A DNA stretch of 64,000 bases from the NCBI GenBank assembly GCA_043228905.1, contig JBHGNT010000014.1, positions 15,500,001-15,564,000 of the forward strand, read 5' to 3'. The notes below the pieces were generated by a model. That model searched no databases. It saw nothing but the letters and a program-made list of their open reading frames with translations, and was not told where the DNA came from. Position 1 is the first letter of the stretch. Each line of letters opens with the position of its first letter. The stretch is from Azolla caroliniana. Its lineage: Eukaryota > Plantae > Polypodiophyta. Below, one piece after another: positions 45,588 to 59,028 of this stretch. Position numbers and translations under genes: made by a program.

Positions 45588-48500
45588 TGTTGGGAATAAA
45601 GGGCCATCGTGCCTTTTATTAGTGCACGAGTGTGAACGCACTCGTACCACTCTTTTGACTTGTACATACATAATATCTAAAAACCAAAAAAAGAGGACAG
45701 CGTGCATCTCTCTCTCTCCCTTTGTCTCTCACTCAAACTCTCTCCCTCTCTGTTTTTGACCTAAACCCTAATCCTCGTGCAGCCATCAAACTGGTATCAA
45801 AGCTGAGTTTCGGGTTTCTTGCAGAGCTGAGTTTAGGTTTCCTTGTAGAGCTGAGTTTAGGGTTTTTTGTAGAGCAGAGTTTAGAGTTTTTTGCAGAGTA
45901 GAGTTTAGGGTTTTCTGCAAAGCTGAGTTTAGGGTTTTCTGCAGAGCTGAGTTTAAGGTTTTTTGCAGAGCAGGTCACGTTTTCTGCAAAGGAGGTTTGG
46001 TCCTCCGTTTGGGCTAAGAAATCATGACTAGCAATAGTGACAGTAGCCACCTTATGCACATCAAGAAGCTTGAGGGTGCACATAACTTTGCAGTTTGGAA
46101 AAAGCAGTGCTACAACATCCTGTTGCAAAAGAAGCATGCAAAGCATATAAAAGTCAAAGGGTAAAGCCTACAGATATGGACCAAGATGATTGGCTAGAGT
46201 TGAACGAGCTTGCACGCTCGACTATTGAGTTATCAATCTCTAATGCCTTACTTTATAATATCGAAGGTTTGGACTCCGCCTATTCTATATGGACTAGACT
46301 AGAGGAACTGTATGCCCAAAAGACGGCGGCTAGCAAAGTTTATTAGCTTAAGAAACTTATGGATTTGTGTATAACAGAGGGCACACCCATGTCAACTCAC
46401 CTCAGTGAGTTCAATTCCATTTTCAGCCAGATGGTTGCCTTGAAACGTGATTGTTTCAAATGGAAGAAAGAGAAAGGAAAGGCCAAGAAGAAAGATGATT
46501 TCATAGAAGAAAAGAGAGACATGCAACCTAGAAAAGGCAATACTAAAATTGAAGAGTTGAATGTAGTCACTCATGATAGTGATAGTGGAAATGATGTACT
46601 CTTTGTTTCATCATGCCATAGAGAACATGCTTCACTTGCAGATACGGATGGTGACATGCACACTTGGATACTCGATTCCGGTGCTTCTTTTCACGCCACC
46701 CCTCATCGTGAGTGGTTTTCAGATTACACAGGGGGTCGACACAGTGTTGTCCATCTTGGGGACAACTATGCATGTGAAATTGCAAGTATTGGCACTGTGC
46801 AATTACAGTTTCAGCATGGTTCTGCTTTCACACTTCATCATGTACGGCATGTACCTCAGCTCGAGAAGAGCTTGATTAGCACAGGACAGCTAGATGATGA
46901 TGGATTTCACACAACCTTTGGTGATGGGAAATGGAAGATTTGTAAGGGATCTAGAGTTGTTGCCAAGGGTAGTAAAAGTGATACTTTGTATCCTCTCCAT
47001 GTATCTAGTGTGAGTGATCATGTTGTTGCCATAACCGAGCAGCCTAGTTTTTCATTATGGCATGGCCGGTTGGGACACATGAGTATTGTCTCGTTTGGGT
47101 TACTTGTCATGTCTTCGTTATGCTGATTTTGAACATTGTGATCATTGCATTTCTGGTAAACATGTACAAACATCTCATAAAAAGTTTCTTTCGCTGAAGT
47201 CGTCCCCGCTTGAATTAGTACATTCAGATGTATGTCAGATGCCGGGGCTATCATTAGGGGGAAACAAATACTTAGTCACTTTTGTCGACGATGCTACACA
47301 GAAGGTATGGGTTTACCCTATTCGTAGCAAGGATGAAGTGCTCGACAAATTTCGAACATTTTTGGCATTAGTTGAGAATCAAATTGATAAGACACTTAAG
47401 TGTCTTCGCTTTGACAATGGTGGGGAATATGTGTCCAAGGCTTTTCAAGCATTTTGTGACAGAGTGTTCAGAAGGAACTCATTGCCCCTTATAATCCACC
47501 CCAAAATGGAGTTGCAGAGTGTATGAATCCGACTATTCAAGATAAGGTCCGTACTATGCTGTCTCATGCTGCGTTACCCCATGGTTTTTGGGCAGAGGCT
47601 GTTATGACAGCTGTTCACTTGATTAATCGGTCACCTAACAGGTCTTTGGGAGGGGGAATACCCCAAGAAGCGTGGTCGGGCAAGCCACCGTCATATGCAC
47701 TTGAGAGTGTTTGGCCGTGAGGCTTTTGTGCAGATTCGTAAAGAACAACGTAACAAACTTGAGCCAAAGTCGTGCAAATATATTTTCCTAGGATACGGTA
47801 ACGACGGTGAAATGGGGTATAGATTGTGGGATCCCGAGAAAAGAAAAATAGTACGCAGCAATGATGCTATCTTCCGGGAAAATCGCATGCATAAACAACC
47901 CGAAAAGACTGAGGAAGCACGTAGGGTTGTATTCCGAGAAGAAATACCTTTTAGACAGGAAAATGTGCCTGCTGTACAGCAGCAAACACCTGCTGTAAAC
48001 TTACCTGCAAATGGAGAAAATGAGGTTGGAAATGATCAGCCAGCCTTTGCCAATAATGATGAGCCACCAAATGTGCAGGAACAGCTAGAACAGCAAGCTG
48101 TGAATGCTGATTTGCAGGCTGAAATGCCTGGACTGCAAATTGAAAATGATGATTTGCAGGCTCAACAGCTACCAAACAATGAGCATTGGGTTAGGAGATC
48201 GTCTACAGTTACTAGACAGCCTGACAGATTTGTTCCTGATGCAAACAATGTGGCTGATTATGTCATGGTAACTGATTGTGGCGAACCGACTTGCTTCAAG
48301 GAAGCAACGGACAGACAGGACAATAAGAAATGGTATAAAGCCATGCTGTCAGAGATGGAATCTCTTGAGAAAAATGACACTTGGGATTTGGAGCAGTTGC
48401 CTAAAGGGCAGAAAACACTTCCATGCAAATGGGTTTATAAAATGAAGGTCATTTCTGATTCCTCGCCAAAGTACACAGCAAGATTGGTTGCAAAAGGATA

Positions 48501-49367
48501 CAAGCAGGAATATGGAGTTGATTTTGATGAGATCTTCTCGTCTGTGGTCAAGATGACTACATTAAGAATCATTTTGGGCTTAGTTGCAGCTGAAGATATG
48601 GAGCTCATACAGATGGATGTGAAGACCGCCTTTTTACATGGCGATCTGCATGAAGACATATATATGCAGTAGCTTGAAGGTTTTTTGGCTAAAGGCAAAT
48701 AGAAGATGGTTTGTAAGCTCAAAAGGAGTTTGTATGGGTTGAAACAAGCACCAAGAGAATGGTATCATAAATTTGATGCATTTATGCAGTCTCAAGGTTT
48801 TCGTAGAAGTCAAGTGGACCACTGCTTGTACACCAAGAAGGCAGGAGATGGCAGCCTGATTATCTTGGTTTTGTATGTTGATGATATGTTGATTGCTGGC
48901 AAGGATATTCATGCCTTGGATTCATTGAAGCAAAGCCTTCATGGCAGCTTTGATATGAAGGATCTTGGTGATGCAAATCACATCCTTGGCATGGGAATAC
49001 TCCGAAACCGATCGAAAGGGGTACTCTTTTTATCTCAGCAGGAGTATATCTCTAAGGTTTTGCAGCGTTTCAATATGGAAGGGGGGGAAACAATTGGGGT
49101 TCCATTGCCTCCATATTTGAAACTCAGTGCAGAAGACAGCCCTACATCTGATGATGAGAAGGCTGAAATGGCTAAGGTTCCATATGCTTCTGCCGTTGGC
49201 AGTTTGATATATGCGATGGTTGCTACACGGAAGGTATGGGTTTACCCTATTCGTAGCAAGGATGAAGTGCTCAACAAGTTTCGAACATTTTTGAAATTAG
49301 TTGAGAATCAAATTGATAAGACACTTAAGTGTCTTTGCTCTGACAACTAATCCTCGTGCTGCCGTCA
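45588..49367 (+). mobile_element. Decayed Tnt1-like Copia with deleted RNase H and most of the 3' LTR
   Basis: 5' LTR 45588-45788, PBS TGGTATCAAAGC, gag/PR ([10 protein letters not shown])/IN/RT (LYVDD) fragments with stops and frameshifts; 21-bp LTR end 49347-49367; TSD GCACC/GCAGC. Confidence 0.9.
45801..45970. repeat. 24-bp tandem repeat (about 7 copies) containing TTTAGGG-like telobox in the Copia leader
   Basis: AGCTGAGTTTAGGGTTTTYTGCAG-like units. Confidence 0.8.
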
Positions 49368-50262
49368 GCAGCAACCAATACTGCAACTGAGATCCATGGA
49401 AATTCTCCATGGGCTAGATCATGATTGTTATTTTACTATCTCATAGTTCAATACTCCTATTTACCAATTTTCATTATCATGTTCATAAGATTAGATTACA
49501 CAGTATTTAGTTATTGTATATGAAGGGATTTTACCGCCTTGAAAGCTCTGTTACAAGTTCAACTGGTGCCGCAGGTAATATCTGCAGAAATAAATGACCA
49601 AGATCTTATTAAGAGATATTGTTTTCTCCTCATCATTGTAAATCATACTTGAATATTTACATTCATCATTGTGAAGCTTAGAAGTAAAAAATAAAGGTTC
49701 AAATACATGAATAAACACATAATGGACTTTCAAGTTTTACAAATAAATGGAGAGATGAGATTACTGTGACCTACTCATATTGAAATTAGAATAAAATCAA
49801 GAATATTGAACCAGGCGGAAGAGGAAAGGCCAAGTGGAAAAGGTCTTAAATGATATAAAAAATAGACTTCATCATCTAGGGTGACCAAATTATGGATTAC
49901 AACCAATTACAACACACGATTCTTTTACTGTTGTGAATTTAACGGGCAATGCGCATGAAGTGGTGAAACATATGAGCTACAAAATAAAATAAACCTCGTC
50001 GTATTTGTCCATCTTGACCATCTTGTTCGCAAGTTTTTGGACTATATAGCATTCCATGCACTGGCTGAATTTAATGCATAATGTGGGTTCCTACCTTGTC
50101 AGCTTGCAATAGTTGCCCAATAAAGACTTCCCATCTTCTTATGAGTGCTTCGATGATTGACAGCACCCCAGACTCCAATATAAGGTCATTCGTGCAGAAT
50201 TGGCAGAAGTCCCATGTGAATGGAATTTGGATCCTGTCTTCTATCCTTAACTCTCTCCAAAT

Positions 50263-53200
50263 AAGAAAGAAAGAAAGATATATTAACGTCTTTTAAGGAC
50301 CAAACAAGAGATTACATCTTAAGTGTTGCTCGTCTTTGAGAACAAAAAAGAAGAAGAAAAAGTATTAAGATGAAAAGAGACGAGGGAATCTGGTTTTTGA
50401 CACATGTGAGATTCTCAAGTTAGATATATTGTAGTTTTTGTCTTCGAAAGATCTCTAGCATAGGTCGGTCCAGAATTGAAATGTCTACAAAGCGAGGGAA
50501 GCACATACGATGGCGGGAGATAATGGCTTTTATCTGTCGATGACAAGGGTGTCGAGGTCATGGTTCATGGGGCCGGGGCCTACATGCACGGCAAATTGCT
50601 ATTGCCCGATCAATTGTAACCCTTTTGTTATGTCCTGGTCGGGAGCCCATTTGTGTATCCCGTGATTGACTTGTAACATTAGTAGGAGTGATGGGGCTAA
50701 AGAAAGTTGTGATTGTTCTTTGTGGATGAGCTTGTGTGGTTGTATTCTTCAACAACTTTTCCCAATGTCTCTTCAGCTCTGGCAAGAAAAGTCCTAGGCA
50801 CCATTGGTCCTCATATTCCAATACCCTGCATAGTGGGCCAAAGCCTTGTTTAAAGAGGCAATGGTATCTATCTCCCTTTGATTTCATAAAAGACACCACA
50901 GTGACAAACATTGTGTTCTTCGGATTCCACTCCCTGATTGGCAATTTCTCTCTTCTAGAGGTAGTTGTGTATATCTGCCTACCTCAATTTGTAACTGATG
51001 TGATGAAGTTCGCAGCTGCCCTATCACACTACGCAGCGCATAGGATAGATGTATGTCCATATAAGGTGGCCTAATGATGAATCCATCCTCCGATGTGTGT
51101 AAGAAGTGTCTTATAGTGGGCCATCTTTGTACCAAGTAGTATTTTGGGGCTGATCCATGTTATCTTGTTTTCCAAGTTAATAATATCAGTTCGGATCACT
51201 CTATTCTTTTCCACTTTGGTCATATTTAGATAAGGACAGTGCATTTATACTCATGTCATGTGATTCGAGCCATTGCTGCATTTCAGCATACCAACAATGA
51301 ATGTCCCCATTTTCAGCCAATTGTCTTGATGACATGAGTGCCAACCTTGGGTACCTTCGTTTAGGGAGCTCCCAAAGACGTTGGATAAATGTCACTGATC
51401 AGAACAATGCCTCGGTGATTATAGGTGTCGCTCCCATCTCTGCCCGAATTATATCGTGGAGCACCGATGCTTTGCTCCTTATCATGCGAGCAATCATTGA
51501 CACTAAAGGTCTCTCTAAAACTTTCCAATGATTTGCATTGTGAAGACTCAGTCCCCATGTTTCTACTCCATAGAGAAGAGTTGGTATGACAAGTGTATCA
51601 AATAACCATAGCTTAGTTCGTGGCTCTTGGAACTACAAATGTGCACATTGTCTCTCGGGAGCACCAAGGGCTGCATATCCACGAGAAAGTCGGGCACAAG
51701 CAGCCTCCTGTAAATGTTACTCCTAGGTATTCCACCTTTTCCTCTCCCAAGAAGAATCCCGGTTCTGATCTTGTTACCCAACTTGAGTGGTGTCAATCAA
51801 CTTTAGTTTTATCCATGTTGATTGACAAACCTTTGTCCGTACAAAATAGTTTTAAGGCATTTAGATGTCTTTGTAATCCCTCTGGAGAGTCCGAAATCAG
51901 CACAATATCATCAGCATATAGTAATATATGTATAGCAATACCTGCTAGGCGTGCTCCCAAACCCCCTTGTCTCTCTATGTAATGTGATACCTCATCTATA
52001 TAGAGACCGAAGAGAGTGAGTGATAGTGGGCATCCTTGCTTCACTCTGATTGTGCTAGTCACTGCCTCTGACAAACCCTTGGAAGACCGCACTTCCTGAC
52101 ACGATGTCGTGTTGTTCCGCTTTCGCGTAGGAAATAAGGCGGGACCACGGGGGCCCTGAACCGAGGAGCAAGAGATAGAAGAAGGCGGAGCGGGAGAAGA
52201 GCGCAAGCATAGGGCCGGTTAGGCCCGTTTGCAACTGACAGCACTTGCCAGCTGAATGAACCACTAATGTGTATATGAGCAAGATGCACACTCGCGTAAA
52301 AGAGAGACTCACAGAAACACAAAGAGAGAGAGAAACAAGAGATTCGATTCCAATAACAGTAAATGTTACAATGTTTGCAAGATTACAACCGGATAGCCAG
52401 CGATAGACCCAACCCAGACAATCACACGCCCATGCACACACACAGTAGAGTCTTTGCCGGAAAGCACACGGGCTTTCCTCGAAGCAGAGGCAACCAACTC
52501 AGAAAACCTACAGAAAACAACAATAGAGGAGGAGAGAGCTCGGTTCCCAGTCCGACAACACCTTGTCCTTACCAAAAAGCGATCCCTTTTCCGTCTTCTC
52601 CCCTTCCCTTTTATAGGCCACCAAGGAGGGACCGTTACATCCTGGTCACATCACCTTTATTCTCTGTCCCTTTGGACAGAGATCCGCTTCGATTTACTAA
52701 CCTATTAATATATTCTCCCTAGGATATAGACATCACGCCGGCCTATTCCTAGTTATGTACAGTGTGTTGGGTTGAGTGCAAACGCGTAAGTGCCGTTTCA
52801 TGCGCCGAATTCCATGATTCCACCTAAGGCCGGTTTTCTCCACGACAATAGATTCATAGAGTGCATCGATTCCCCATTGCATATCTATAGGAACACCAAG
52901 GGCTTCTAGGCGCTACATAACCTGAGCATATGGCAATGTCAAAGGCTTTTCAGAAATCCACAAAGTAGCCCTCCTCAATAAGGGCCCGGAGGGTGAATAT
53001 GTGATCCAAAGTTGTGAAACCCCTTCCGAAAGCCTGCCTGTCCAACTGAATGACAACCATTCCGCTCTGCCCATATACTCAATTCTGATTCTAGAATTGA
53101 GACATATAGTTTAGCCAAGTAATGGCCAATCATGATTGTCCTATAGTTGCTTGGCATCATGGGGTCTCCACTCTTGAGGATTGGCACAATGGTATGTTGA

Positions 53201-53636
53201 GTCCATCTAGTAGGGAAACCTTCACACATGGCTCTATTAAAGATGTGTGCTAGCAATGGGAGCAAGGTGTCACGGGCATAGATAAAGTGCTCACCCACCA
53301 ATCCATCATGATCTTGGTCCTTCCCAAATTGTAGCCGATCAATGGCATTTCTTACATTTTGTGGAGTGAAAAAGGTTGATTCATGTGGGCATGAGCCATG
53401 TGGGTGGGGAAGAGGAGGTTGCCCTAGGATATCATATAGAACCTTTGCATATTCATGCCACACCTGAGGTGAGGTCAGTTGTGTGGTAGTTGGCCTCTCA
53501 TTAAACATTTTCCATGCTCTTTTACTTTCTTGTCCTAGAAACAAGAGATACAAATGATCTTCAAATTTAGCCAATTACAATCTCTTCTTCTTCCTTATGA
53601 GGCGTTGGAAGGTTGCTCTCGCTTGTTTGTGTGTAT
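50263..53636 (-). mobile_element. 5'-truncated RTE-X-like LINE (X) with (TTTC)n tail, interrupted by a solo LTR
   Basis: PILKSGDPMMPSNYRTIMIG, GQAGFRKG, VKQGCPLS, LLYADDIVL, LRTSSHQLQIEVGRY fragments; tail at 50263-50277. Confidence 0.85.
52105..52847. mobile_element. Solo LTR (743 bp), Gypsy-type
   Basis: Perfect TGTCGTG...CACGACA termini, the same as the other Gypsy LTRs here; splits the LINE RT frame; flanks ACGA/ATAG form a degenerate 4-bp TSD. Confidence 0.8.
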
Positions 53637-56600
53637 AGAAAGAAAGAAAGATATATTAACGTCTTCTAAGGCCAAAATTTGGCCCATGAGACAATAAGTG
53701 TACAATAAAATAGGGTGTCTACCCAATCATCGAAATACAGATAAAAATATAAATATAAATTAAGCTAAAAGAATTCTAGTATTTGTACAAAACATGTTAT
53801 GGTGTAACATATTCAATAAAGGAAATGACTTTGTACTAGGCCTAGTTTCATTTCCATCCAAGCCTCTCGAAAAGAAGTGGGGGGTCAAAGGGTTTCAGTG
53901 TGGGCGTGACATGTGGTCCCGATGAAGAAGGTACCCCAACCATGGCTTCTAGGTGATGTAGCTCACGTTCCCTTATTTTCTTAATTGCTTCTGCACCACG
54001 TCGAGTTGCTTTGAAACCCGGCATCCGAGGGCATTTGGTTCTTATTTGGTTGTATGCTTCATCAAGGAAGAGGCCCAGTGGTGCAAGTTTGTCCACATTC
54101 GTCGTCTCCCCCTGACCGTGAAAAACTTCATTTGTTACATGCTGGTGAATATTAGAAACGTTATTGTCAACATTTTGTAGTATATTCTCTCTATGTTGTT
54201 TTAGCTCTAAGATATATTTACCTAATTTCTTTATATCTAGAGTATCTAATAGTTTGGGGAGGGTGGGAAAGGTACCGAGTATGTCTGGGTATTTTGCCTT
54301 TATCTCGGTGTAAGTTGGACACTTGCATGTAAAGTGGTACTCATCCTCTATCTCTATGTGACATAATCTACATATCTTTTCCTATTCTAGGGACTCCATT
54401 AATACGACCATTGTCAATCTCAAGTTGGTGAGATGATATTCTAAGTAGTCCAATGGCAACCCTTAGTGCATTTGGTAAGAATACATCTAGATATTTTGAT
54501 TGTGTAATAAAACCTAACTTAGAGAAGTGCATGAAGAGTTCTTTATAGTACAACATTTTAGATGTGAGTGGCTCTAATGGGGTGATCCATTTATACCGAG
54601 TGTAAATTTGTCATATTTCTTGGCGTATTACTTTATTACGATCCTCATGAGAGATTAAAGTATTATCAATTGTGTGGTTGTACCTAAGGGGAGGTAGATA
54701 ATTAATGTTTAGACCGTTTGCAAGAAGCCAACTCACCATCATGCCATACCATGAGCTAATATAACCGGACTCACATAGAGATTGAGATGCCTCAAAAACG
54801 ATCCTCATGAGATATTAAAGTATTATCAATCGCGTGGTTGTACCTAAGGGGAGGTAGATTATTAATGTTTAGACCGTTTTCAAGAAGCCAACTCACCATC
54901 ATGCCATACCATGAGCTAGTATAACCGGACTCATATAGAGATCGAGATGCCTCAAAAGCTTGATGAGATATCCTATCATGTGGTTGGCTATTTATCCTAT
55001 GAATAAAGACCGCTCTCTAGGGACTATGTCAAAGGCTTGCCAAAGTCCACAAAACAACAATATATCTTCTTCTTGTGATCCTTTGTCTGGTCAATTAAGC
55101 ATCTAAGTGTGAAGATATGATCAATACAGTAGACATTCGGTTAAGTGTGCACTTTGAACGCAAGGAAGAAGTGCGCACTTAACCGAGCTGCGCACTTAGG
55201 GGTTTTCTGAAACATTTTAGGGTTTTTTGGAAATTTTTAGGGTTTTCTGAAATATTTTCCTTCTGTATGCTAATCATACAATTCTTGATAAGAAAAGTGA
55301 TAAATTTATGTGATAAATTGACCTAAAACGTTTCTAGTTCCACCATTCATACTTTTCAATTTCTTTCTCTCAAACATTTTAGGGTTTTTGGGAAATTTTT
55401 AGGGTTTTCTGAAATATTTTTCCTTCTGTATGCTAATCATACAATTCTTGATAAGAAAAGTGATCAATTTATGTGTTAAATTAACCTAAAATGTTTCTAG
55501 TTTCACCATACACACTCTTCAATTTCTTTCTCGATTCTAGATGGTATTTGTCTTTTTGCTACATCTGAGAAATACATCCATTATGCAACAAACCTAATGA
55601 GCTTCCTTGGATGCATCATGCGATGGGATTTTTTCTTGCGTTTTCTTCCTAGTAGCAGCAAGTTTGAGGAATTGAAGTACAGATGGAGGAGACAAGAAAA
55701 GAGAGAGGGGGAGCAACAGATAAATCACCGACTGCAACTTTTGTCATCTAAACAAGATGCACAGAAAGAGAGAGGGAGGGAGAGAGGCTTTCTTCATGCA
55801 AGAAAAGAGCACACACAGATGTGATACAGGCACACACAGAAAGAGAAGGAGAACAGATGGATATGTTGCGCGTGGAGAAGGAGAGCTCACGTTCACAGCC
55901 AATTGCTACAAAACTTGACTATTCACGATCATCAAGATTTGTTTTCCATTCTTTGCTTATGTTCTTTAATCAAGAATCAAAATCACAGTTTTGTAATCGT
56001 AACACACACACGCACACACACACATGTAGAACACATGACACACATGACATACCCACAGAAACTCCTTTCGTTGTTTTCTTAATGTTTGGACTCGCTCTCG
56101 TTACCATAACACTTCTTGGTTCCTGTGTGACTAAACTTGTGGGATGTCCTTGTAATCGTAAACACACACATATGACACACACATAGACATACCCACAGAA
56201 GCTCCTTTTGTTGTTTTCTGAATGTTTGGAACATAGTTTTAACTTGGTTTGATGTAATTTCGTCATGAAACAATGTAATTTTTTTGATCCGGATTTTGAC
56301 CACTAAAAAAAGCGCACTTAATAGAATGGTGCACTTATGTGGGCACGCACTTAACCGAATGTCTACTGTAGTAGAGAAGGCTCGCCCAAATTCAGCATGT
56401 TTAGGTGCTCGAAGATTTAAGGTCTTCATATAATTGCTAAGCTCTACTTCCATTATTGCACCATATAATTTAGCGAGTGTATGACCTATCATAATAGTCC
56501 TATATGTATTTGGGTCCATGGGGTTTCCTCCTTTATGTATGGGGGGCACTGTGTTCATAGTCCACTGTAGTGGAAAACCCTCGATGAGGGCACGATTGAA

Positions 56601-58310
56601 TATTAGAGTTAGAAAGTGAGCTAGGCACTTTTGCGCATATATGATGTGTTCTGCTCGCAATCATGTGTGGTCCATGAACTTCCTATGTTGTAATTTCTTT
56701 ATGACTTTGTGACCCTAGAGGTCGTGAAAAGTGTCCCCATGGTAGGGGGTGTAGAAGGCATTGGAATGGGTGGCTGGTTTGGTACTTGGTAAAGTTTCTC
56801 TGTATATGTGTGCCAAGTGTTGGGATCCTCGATGGGTGTTTGTGGTCTTGGTTCTCGTAGTCTCTTCCATGTAGTGGCACAATCGCTACTCATGAGCATA
56901 TGATAGAGTTCCAATATTGGGATGCCTCCCACATTCGTCTCTTACGACATGTCATCTTGCACATTTCTTTGCGAGCTTGTAGTGAGGTGATAGTACCACT
57001 GAGGTACGATACTTTAAGTTGTCTATGTAAGTCCCTACAATCCTCATCATACCATCTATTTTGTGGCATGGACCCTACTCTACCTTGATTGGAGTGTTTC
57101 GTATATGGGAAACTGCTAATTGTTGCGGAGTGAAGGATGTGTGCAAGTTCCGTAGTAAGGCTTTCTAAAGGCAAGGAGGAATCAAGAGAGGAGAGATGGG
57201 CCTGAACATGTCGGGAGTATATGTCAAAGAGCTCATGTGTGAAATGTATTGTGGTGTGATGGCTTGGCTAACTAGAGTTGGTGACGTTGGAGATATCACA
57301 TTTTAGTTCAAAGTATAAGAAACTATGATCCTCGCCAATAGGACATGGGGCCACCCGGAAGGAGTTAATCATGTGGATAACTTCAAGGCATCCTATTAGA
57401 TAATCAACTGTGCTTTCCCCTCCTCCATGTGGGAAACATGTGAGCTCTTCCGAGCCTGGCCACTTGGCTAAACCATTATATATGATCATCCGGTGTCGAT
57501 TGCCAAGTTCGAGTAGATGAAGGCCAAAGCTCATGGCATCCGCACCTTGATCTTTTGATCTATGTGTGGTGCCTATGTCTAAAGGATCGACATTTACCAT
57601 TTCTAGGTTTCTATCCATCTGAATATTGTGCATTGTCGGGATTGGGTTCTCGCATTGAAATCTCCTACAAGGAATCTACTTCTCCTTGGGAAGAATATCG
57701 GATTATGTCATCCGATAAAGGTTCGTATGGAGAAGGCCCATGCGGCACTCCTTCATCAACTAATCTCACCTCTCCAGCCATATTATAACGGGATACTTTC
57801 CGGGGAAAGTAACAAATGGCGAAAAATATTGCATGGTCCTTGCTAGTGAGGACTTTCACCCACATAAAACGAGCGTCTGGGTCTGTCCTTAGTATTTCTA
57901 TCCTATTATGTAGCTCTCTCCGAAATATTATTGCAACACCTCCAAATCCTTTGGTAGTGTGTCGACATGAGGTTTGTCTAAATACGGACTCTCAATGGAA
58001 TCCTTCGACTCGTGGGACTCCTCTATTTGGGCTTTGGTGTGTTTCTACCAAGAAAAGTATATCTAATACCTTTAATATATCTCCTCTAGGCGACCAGGGT
58101 GTGTCTAGAGTGCACCGTTACAATTCCATAAGGTCATCCTAAGTGTATTTTCTGTCACATTGGCCACACGCTGTCAATTAGTAGCGTGATCATTTATTAT
58201 CATTCGTCCGACTCGATAAAAGGCGCGATGCCCTTCTATACGAGCTTGCATGACTCGTGACATGCAACTTTTGCGGTGCTCAATTTGCATCTTAGTGAGG
58301 TCTTCATCCT
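53637..58310 (-). mobile_element. RTE-X-like LINE (Y): ORF1 C-terminus, endonuclease, partial RT, 3' UTR, (TTTC)n tail
   Basis: DEDLTKMQ ORF1 end; TCFPHGGGESTVDYL, DHS and RWYDEDC; HKGGNPMDPNTYRTIMIG; LRISSHQLEIDNGR; duplication of about 160 bp at 54640-54955; RT core deleted. Confidence 0.82.
55127..56368. mobile_element. Non-autonomous Tc1/mariner (pogo-like) element, 1,242 bp
   Basis: 21-bp perfect TIR CAGTAGACATTCGGTTAAGTG, TA target duplication, internal tandem duplications, no transposase. Confidence 0.9.
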
Positions 58311-59028
58311 TACAAGACCCCAAGGAAGGAAACCCAACCTGTAAGGTTGTGACTAAAACATTTTTAAGAAGGAAAAGCATACAGATGAAGGTAGGTCAGC
58401 TAAGATTTGAGAGAAGGAAAAAAGAAGGGGTAGCTCCAAGCATGTTGACCTGTTCCACATTGCCTAATGCTTATTCAAAAGGAGGGTTTCATATAGAAAC
58501 TCCCAATGTATTCACAGAGTTCATGCAATTGAGCTGAAGCTAGATGTTCATTTTAGTTCTCTTATCAATGCACTTTGTAGAAGTGGACTTGTGGACACTA
58601 CAACAAAAAATTTCAACAACATGACCCAAAAGGAAATTTGTCCAAATGTATGGAGTTCTTCAACTCTAGAATCAATGTCAACGACTGAATCAATAAAATT
58701 ATAAGGAAACTTCAGAGGTTCCTTCTGTTATTTACCCAACAAAATATCAGCTCCAAAGTTATCATGTGATATTTCAGACTTGTGTTTCAAGGAAACCGTG
58801 ACATACAGTAGAAAGTTGTGGTAGTAAACTTCCAAGAAGGTAAAGTATGCAGAGGAAGGTAGGAAAACTCAAGGTAGCTAACTATGTAGGTAGAGCTCAC
58901 ACAAAAGAAATCAAAGGATCCAAGAGATATACCTTGCAGAAACAAAACAGATGCACACGGCCTTTTCTAAGAAAGTTGGCCCCATGTTATTTTGGCCTCA
59001 ATAGCTGACTCTACTTCAGTGTCCCCTG

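Larger units (their letters stand above)
45079..59025 (-). pseudogene. Multi-exon host pseudogene of unidentified family (at least 11 exons), fragmented by TEs
   Basis: Phase-consistent exons 58933-59025, 58797-58881, 58626-58665, 58450-58533, 58338-about 58313 plus 50095-50262, 49995-50041, 49535-49581, 45506-45564 (GC donor), 45368-45391, 45277-45305, 45079-45177 (TAA); several in-frame stops explicable by C>T or G>A changes. Confidence 0.65.

Noticed and set aside
45733-46146. 137-aa minus-strand ORF with SAENPKLS repeats
   Set aside because: Antisense translation of the 24-bp Copia leader repeat
50095-50262. Alternative stop-free frame IWRELRIEDRIQIPFTWDFCQF... for this exon
   Set aside because: Would need an intron of about 34 bp and does not join in frame to the upstream half-exon at 58338; the stop-containing frame fits both neighbours, though this remains uncertain
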